Shown in pieces: positions 61,642-64,000 of a DNA stretch of 64,000 nucleotides. The position numbers and the translations under genes were made by a program. Each line of letters starts with the position of its first letter. Position 1 is the first letter of the stretch. The DNA comes from an uncultured Gemmatimonadales bacterium (GTDB lineage: Bacteria; Gemmatimonadota; Gemmatimonadetes; Gemmatimonadales; GWC2-71-9), in contig CAWJMT010000004.1 in assembly GCA_963844035.1 (NCBI GenBank), positions 64,001 to 128,000 of the forward strand, given 5' to 3'. The notes under the pieces are model-generated. The model saw only the letters and a list, made by a program, of their open reading frames with translations. It was not told the DNA's origin and did not search any database.

Positions 61642-63015
61642 TTACGGAATAGGAACGCCTTGCTCCACTGTCGCCCGGGGTTGTCTAGAGGCAGTCGCCC
61701 GCTCGAATGCCGCGGGTCCCGATCGGAATGCGGAAGGAGACGCCTTCGCAACCACGCGACGGATTGCAATCGACCTATTCACTATGTCGGCAATTCTGGG
61801 GTCGAATTGCTTACCAGAGTACTTACGAATCTCCTCAAGCGCTCGGTCAAACGGAAGGGCTTTTCTATAAGGGCGGTCCGTTGTCATCGCATCGAGAGTG
61901 TCTGCCACCATTATGATACGTGCGCCCAGAGGAATTCCTTCGCCCGCGAGGCAGTCCGGATAACCCGTACCGTCAAAGTTCTCATGGTGGTGGCGAACCG
62001 CCTTCTCGATCGGGCCCCGCAAACTCGAAATCGTGGTGACGAGCTCAGCGGACCTCACCGGGTGGGTCTGAAGCAGCGCCTTCTCCTCAGGAGTTAGCCT
62101 ACCCTCCTTGTGAAGGAGTGGAGCGTACTCCTCGTATACTTTGCCAACGTCATGTAGCAACGCAGCAGTGGCAATCTGCTCGACCTGTCGGACCCCAGCC
62201 CCAGCTTCCTTTGCGAGAATTCGCGCGTACTGCGACACGCGCTGCGAATGACCCGACGTGTAGGGATCGCGGGCTTCGATTTGCTTGACCATCAACTCAA
62301 GGAGTTCACGACTCGCCTGTTGTAGCCGAAGGTTCTGTACGTAGACATGTCGAACAATGAAGAGAGGAGCGGCGAGAGCAACCACACCACCAAGCTCCCA
62401 CCGTACGTACATGTACGCCAACACGGCTGGCACTGGCGTGACAAAGAGGTCGTAGACCGCAGAACCGCCGAAGAGCCGGGCCCAAGCCCCAGTAAATCCT
62501 ATGCCCTCAGCCAAAGAAACGACAAAGCTCACAGCGGTGGAACTCGCCACGGCGTACGCCAGGGCGCTCAGAAACACCGCGACAGGTACGAACTCGAACT
62601 CGTATAGGGAAGGGGTGCCTCCAAAAAATCGATAGACCGATGCCGCGAAGCCCAGGGACAGGATTTCCTTGGATGAGTTGAAAACAACCTTTATCCAGGG
62701 CTTCTTCCGAATCAACAGGTCTGCGGTGAAGAACGTTGCCCCACCTATCGCCATTGCCCAGAATGGGCCGAAGAGGAATATGGCAGCGAGGAACGGGATG
62801 AATGCGACCGACATGGTGGCAGTGCCAAGTTGAACGCTGACAAAGCTCATCTCAGCAGCCAAGGCAACTGCAACTATTGCAATAAGACCGTTTGAGAACT
62901 TGCTAGACCAATCCCAGACCTCGCCGTTGCCCGCCACAACCATTGCGACAACAGCGCCGCAAGCGATTGCGGACACGCAAAACTTTAGGAGACGTGATCT
63001 AGTAAGGACGTCCAT
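61642..63015 (-). CDS. Multi-TM membrane sensor fused to HD-GYP cyclic-dinucleotide phosphodiesterase
   Basis: ~7-8 hydrophobic helices then EARDPYTSGHSQRV, LLHDVGK, HHENFDGTGYP, ADTLDAMTTDRPYR; GAGGTG RBS. Confidence 0.93.
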   Translation of the reverse strand: MDVLTRSRLLKFCVSAIACGAVVAMVVAGNGEVWDWSSKFSNGLIAIVAVALAAEMSFVSVQLGTATMSVAFIPFLAAIFLFGPFWAMAIGGATFFTADLLIRKKPWIKVVFNSSKEILSLGFAASVYRFFGGTPSLYEFEFVPVAVFLSALAYAVASSTAVSFVVSLAEGIGFTGAWARLFGGSAVYDLFVTPVPAVLAYMYVRWELGGVVALAAPLFIVRHVYVQNLRLQQASRELLELMVKQIEARDPYTSGHSQRVSQYARILAKEAGAGVRQVEQIATAALLHDVGKVYEEYAPLLHKEGRLTPEEKALLQTHPVRSAELVTTISSLRGPIEKAVRHHHENFDGTGYPDCLAGEGIPLGARIIMVADTLDAMTTDRPYRKALPFDRALEEIRKYSGKQFDPRIADIVNRSIAIRRVVAKASPSAFRSGPAAFERATASRQPRATVEQGVPIP

Positions 63016-63061
63016 CTACCAGCACCTCAAGAGTGCGAGAGAGGGTGGCCCCAAGCTGTCG

Positions 63062-63142
63062 TTACCAACCTACCGAGATGTTTGCCATCAGAACGCGGAC
63101 GACCGCGCCCAACAGCAACGCGAGCAGCTTTAGCGCAAACAT
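63062..63142 (-). CDS. Unannotated 26-aa hydrophobic peptide MFALKLLALLLGAVVRVLMANISVGW
   Basis: AGGAGGT 8 nt before ATG (63142), TAA at 63062-63064, 46 nt upstream of the HD-GYP gene on the same strand. Confidence 0.75.
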   Translation of the reverse strand: MFALKLLALLLGAVVRVLMANISVGW

Positions 63143-63365
63143 AGAGCGTCACCTCCTCACGGGGCCTACGAGACTTGCTCGATAGACTTGGAGTGGCACG
63201 CCTCGCTATGGCGTACCCGACGCTCCGCTCCTCAGCTTTTCGCTCGGCTTCGCTCGGGCAACTACAACCCGGGGCCCCTTCCCTCCTTCTCGTTCACAGT
63301 TCGCAACGTGTTTTGCCCAGCGTGCCAGCTTGCGCACGAGGGTGGGAGAAGAATCGTTGCTACGC

Positions 63366-63966
63366 CTACGCCGCCTTCCGCCTCCGCAACGCTTGGCGCA
63401 CCGCGTCAATGACCGCCGAGACGCCGTCCGCCTTGTTGACGATTGTCCTGCACACCGAGTTTGCGCAGCCGCTCTTGATCCTCGACCTCGATGCCGCCGG
63501 TGATGACCAGCAGCTCGGCGGGGAGTTTGCGCCCCGGCTCGAGCAGTCGCTCGATGATCTGCAGGGCGTTCAAGTCCGGCAACCGGTAGTCCAACGCGAT
63601 CAAGGCCGGGCGCACGCGACCGATGGCGATCAACGCGTCCACGCCGTTCGTCACCTTCACGACGTCCAGACCCAGATCCGCCTTCTCGATCAACCGCGAC
63701 AGCGCCTCGAGGTACGTCCGATCGTCGTCCACCAGGACCATCACGTCCCGCGCGACGGCCTCGTGGAGATCCGACGGCACGCCCATGTCGTGCGCTCGGA
63801 GAAAATTCACGAGCTCGCTCACCTCGACCCGCCGCCGACCCGTGGGCGTCTTGTGACCGCTCAAGAGCCCCTGATCGATCCAGTTTGCAACCGTCGCCGG
63901 CGACACCTGACAGGCGCGGGCCACCCGCTGGGTGCCCCAATAGCGCTTCGTACGTGGCGTATTCAC
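63366..63966 (-). CDS. Response regulator with N-terminal excisionase-like HTH (HTH-REC), frameshift ~63450
   Basis: VARACQVSPATVANWIDQG..KTPTGRRR; LVDDD, LDYRLPD, ITG, frame-corrected IVNKADG..RRRKAA*. Confidence 0.85.
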
Positions 63967-64000
63967 AGAACAGGAAATACCGCTAAAACAGGAAGTCCGC

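Noticed and set aside
63062..63142. RiPP precursor interpretation of the 26-aa peptide
   Set aside because: No modifying enzymes, peptidase or exporter adjacent in the window; signalling or regulatory role preferred, though unproven.
63196..63330. Sigma54 promoters at TGGCACG motifs near the peptide gene
   Set aside because: No correctly spaced TTGC (-12) element on either strand.

Overview
High-GC (~70%) bacterial chromosome segment. Gene content and style suggest Gemmatimonadota, which is an inference. The read has many single-base indels, so most genes are split across ORFs and are reported here as reconstructed genes with approximate ends. The housekeeping backbone comprises guaB, gpmI, a queD-like gene, acyl-CoA dehydrogenase with etfB-etfA-ETF:QO, cstA-ybdD, a leuA-like gene, a TetR-TolC-EmrAB efflux operon, a nucleotidyltransferase, an M1 peptidase, atpZ/I-B-E-F-H with a Rex-type operator, and moxR. 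Two accessory blocks stand out. (1) At ~58.1-64.0 kb, a SARP/BTAD-AAA-TPR regulator converges on an operon made of an unannotated 26-aa hydrophobic peptide (MFALKLLALLLGAVVRVLMANISVGW, strong RBS) and a multi-TM HD-GYP phosphodiesterase. The TPR half, the HD-GYP gene and the peptide share a low-GC tract that starts inside the regulator gene, making this a candidate peptide-signalling (pherotype-like) cassette. (2) At ~23.9-33.1 kb, a block bracketed by two paralogous DUF1640-like genes with matching promoters carries a short SARP activator and three paralogous beta-helix lipoproteins with different C-terminal domains and His/Asp-rich linkers. Also notable are an M1 peptidase with an Omp85-like C-terminus and many short 7/8-mer tandem or inverted repeats inside coding sequences. 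No rRNA, tRNA, CRISPR array, transposase or integrase was recognised.
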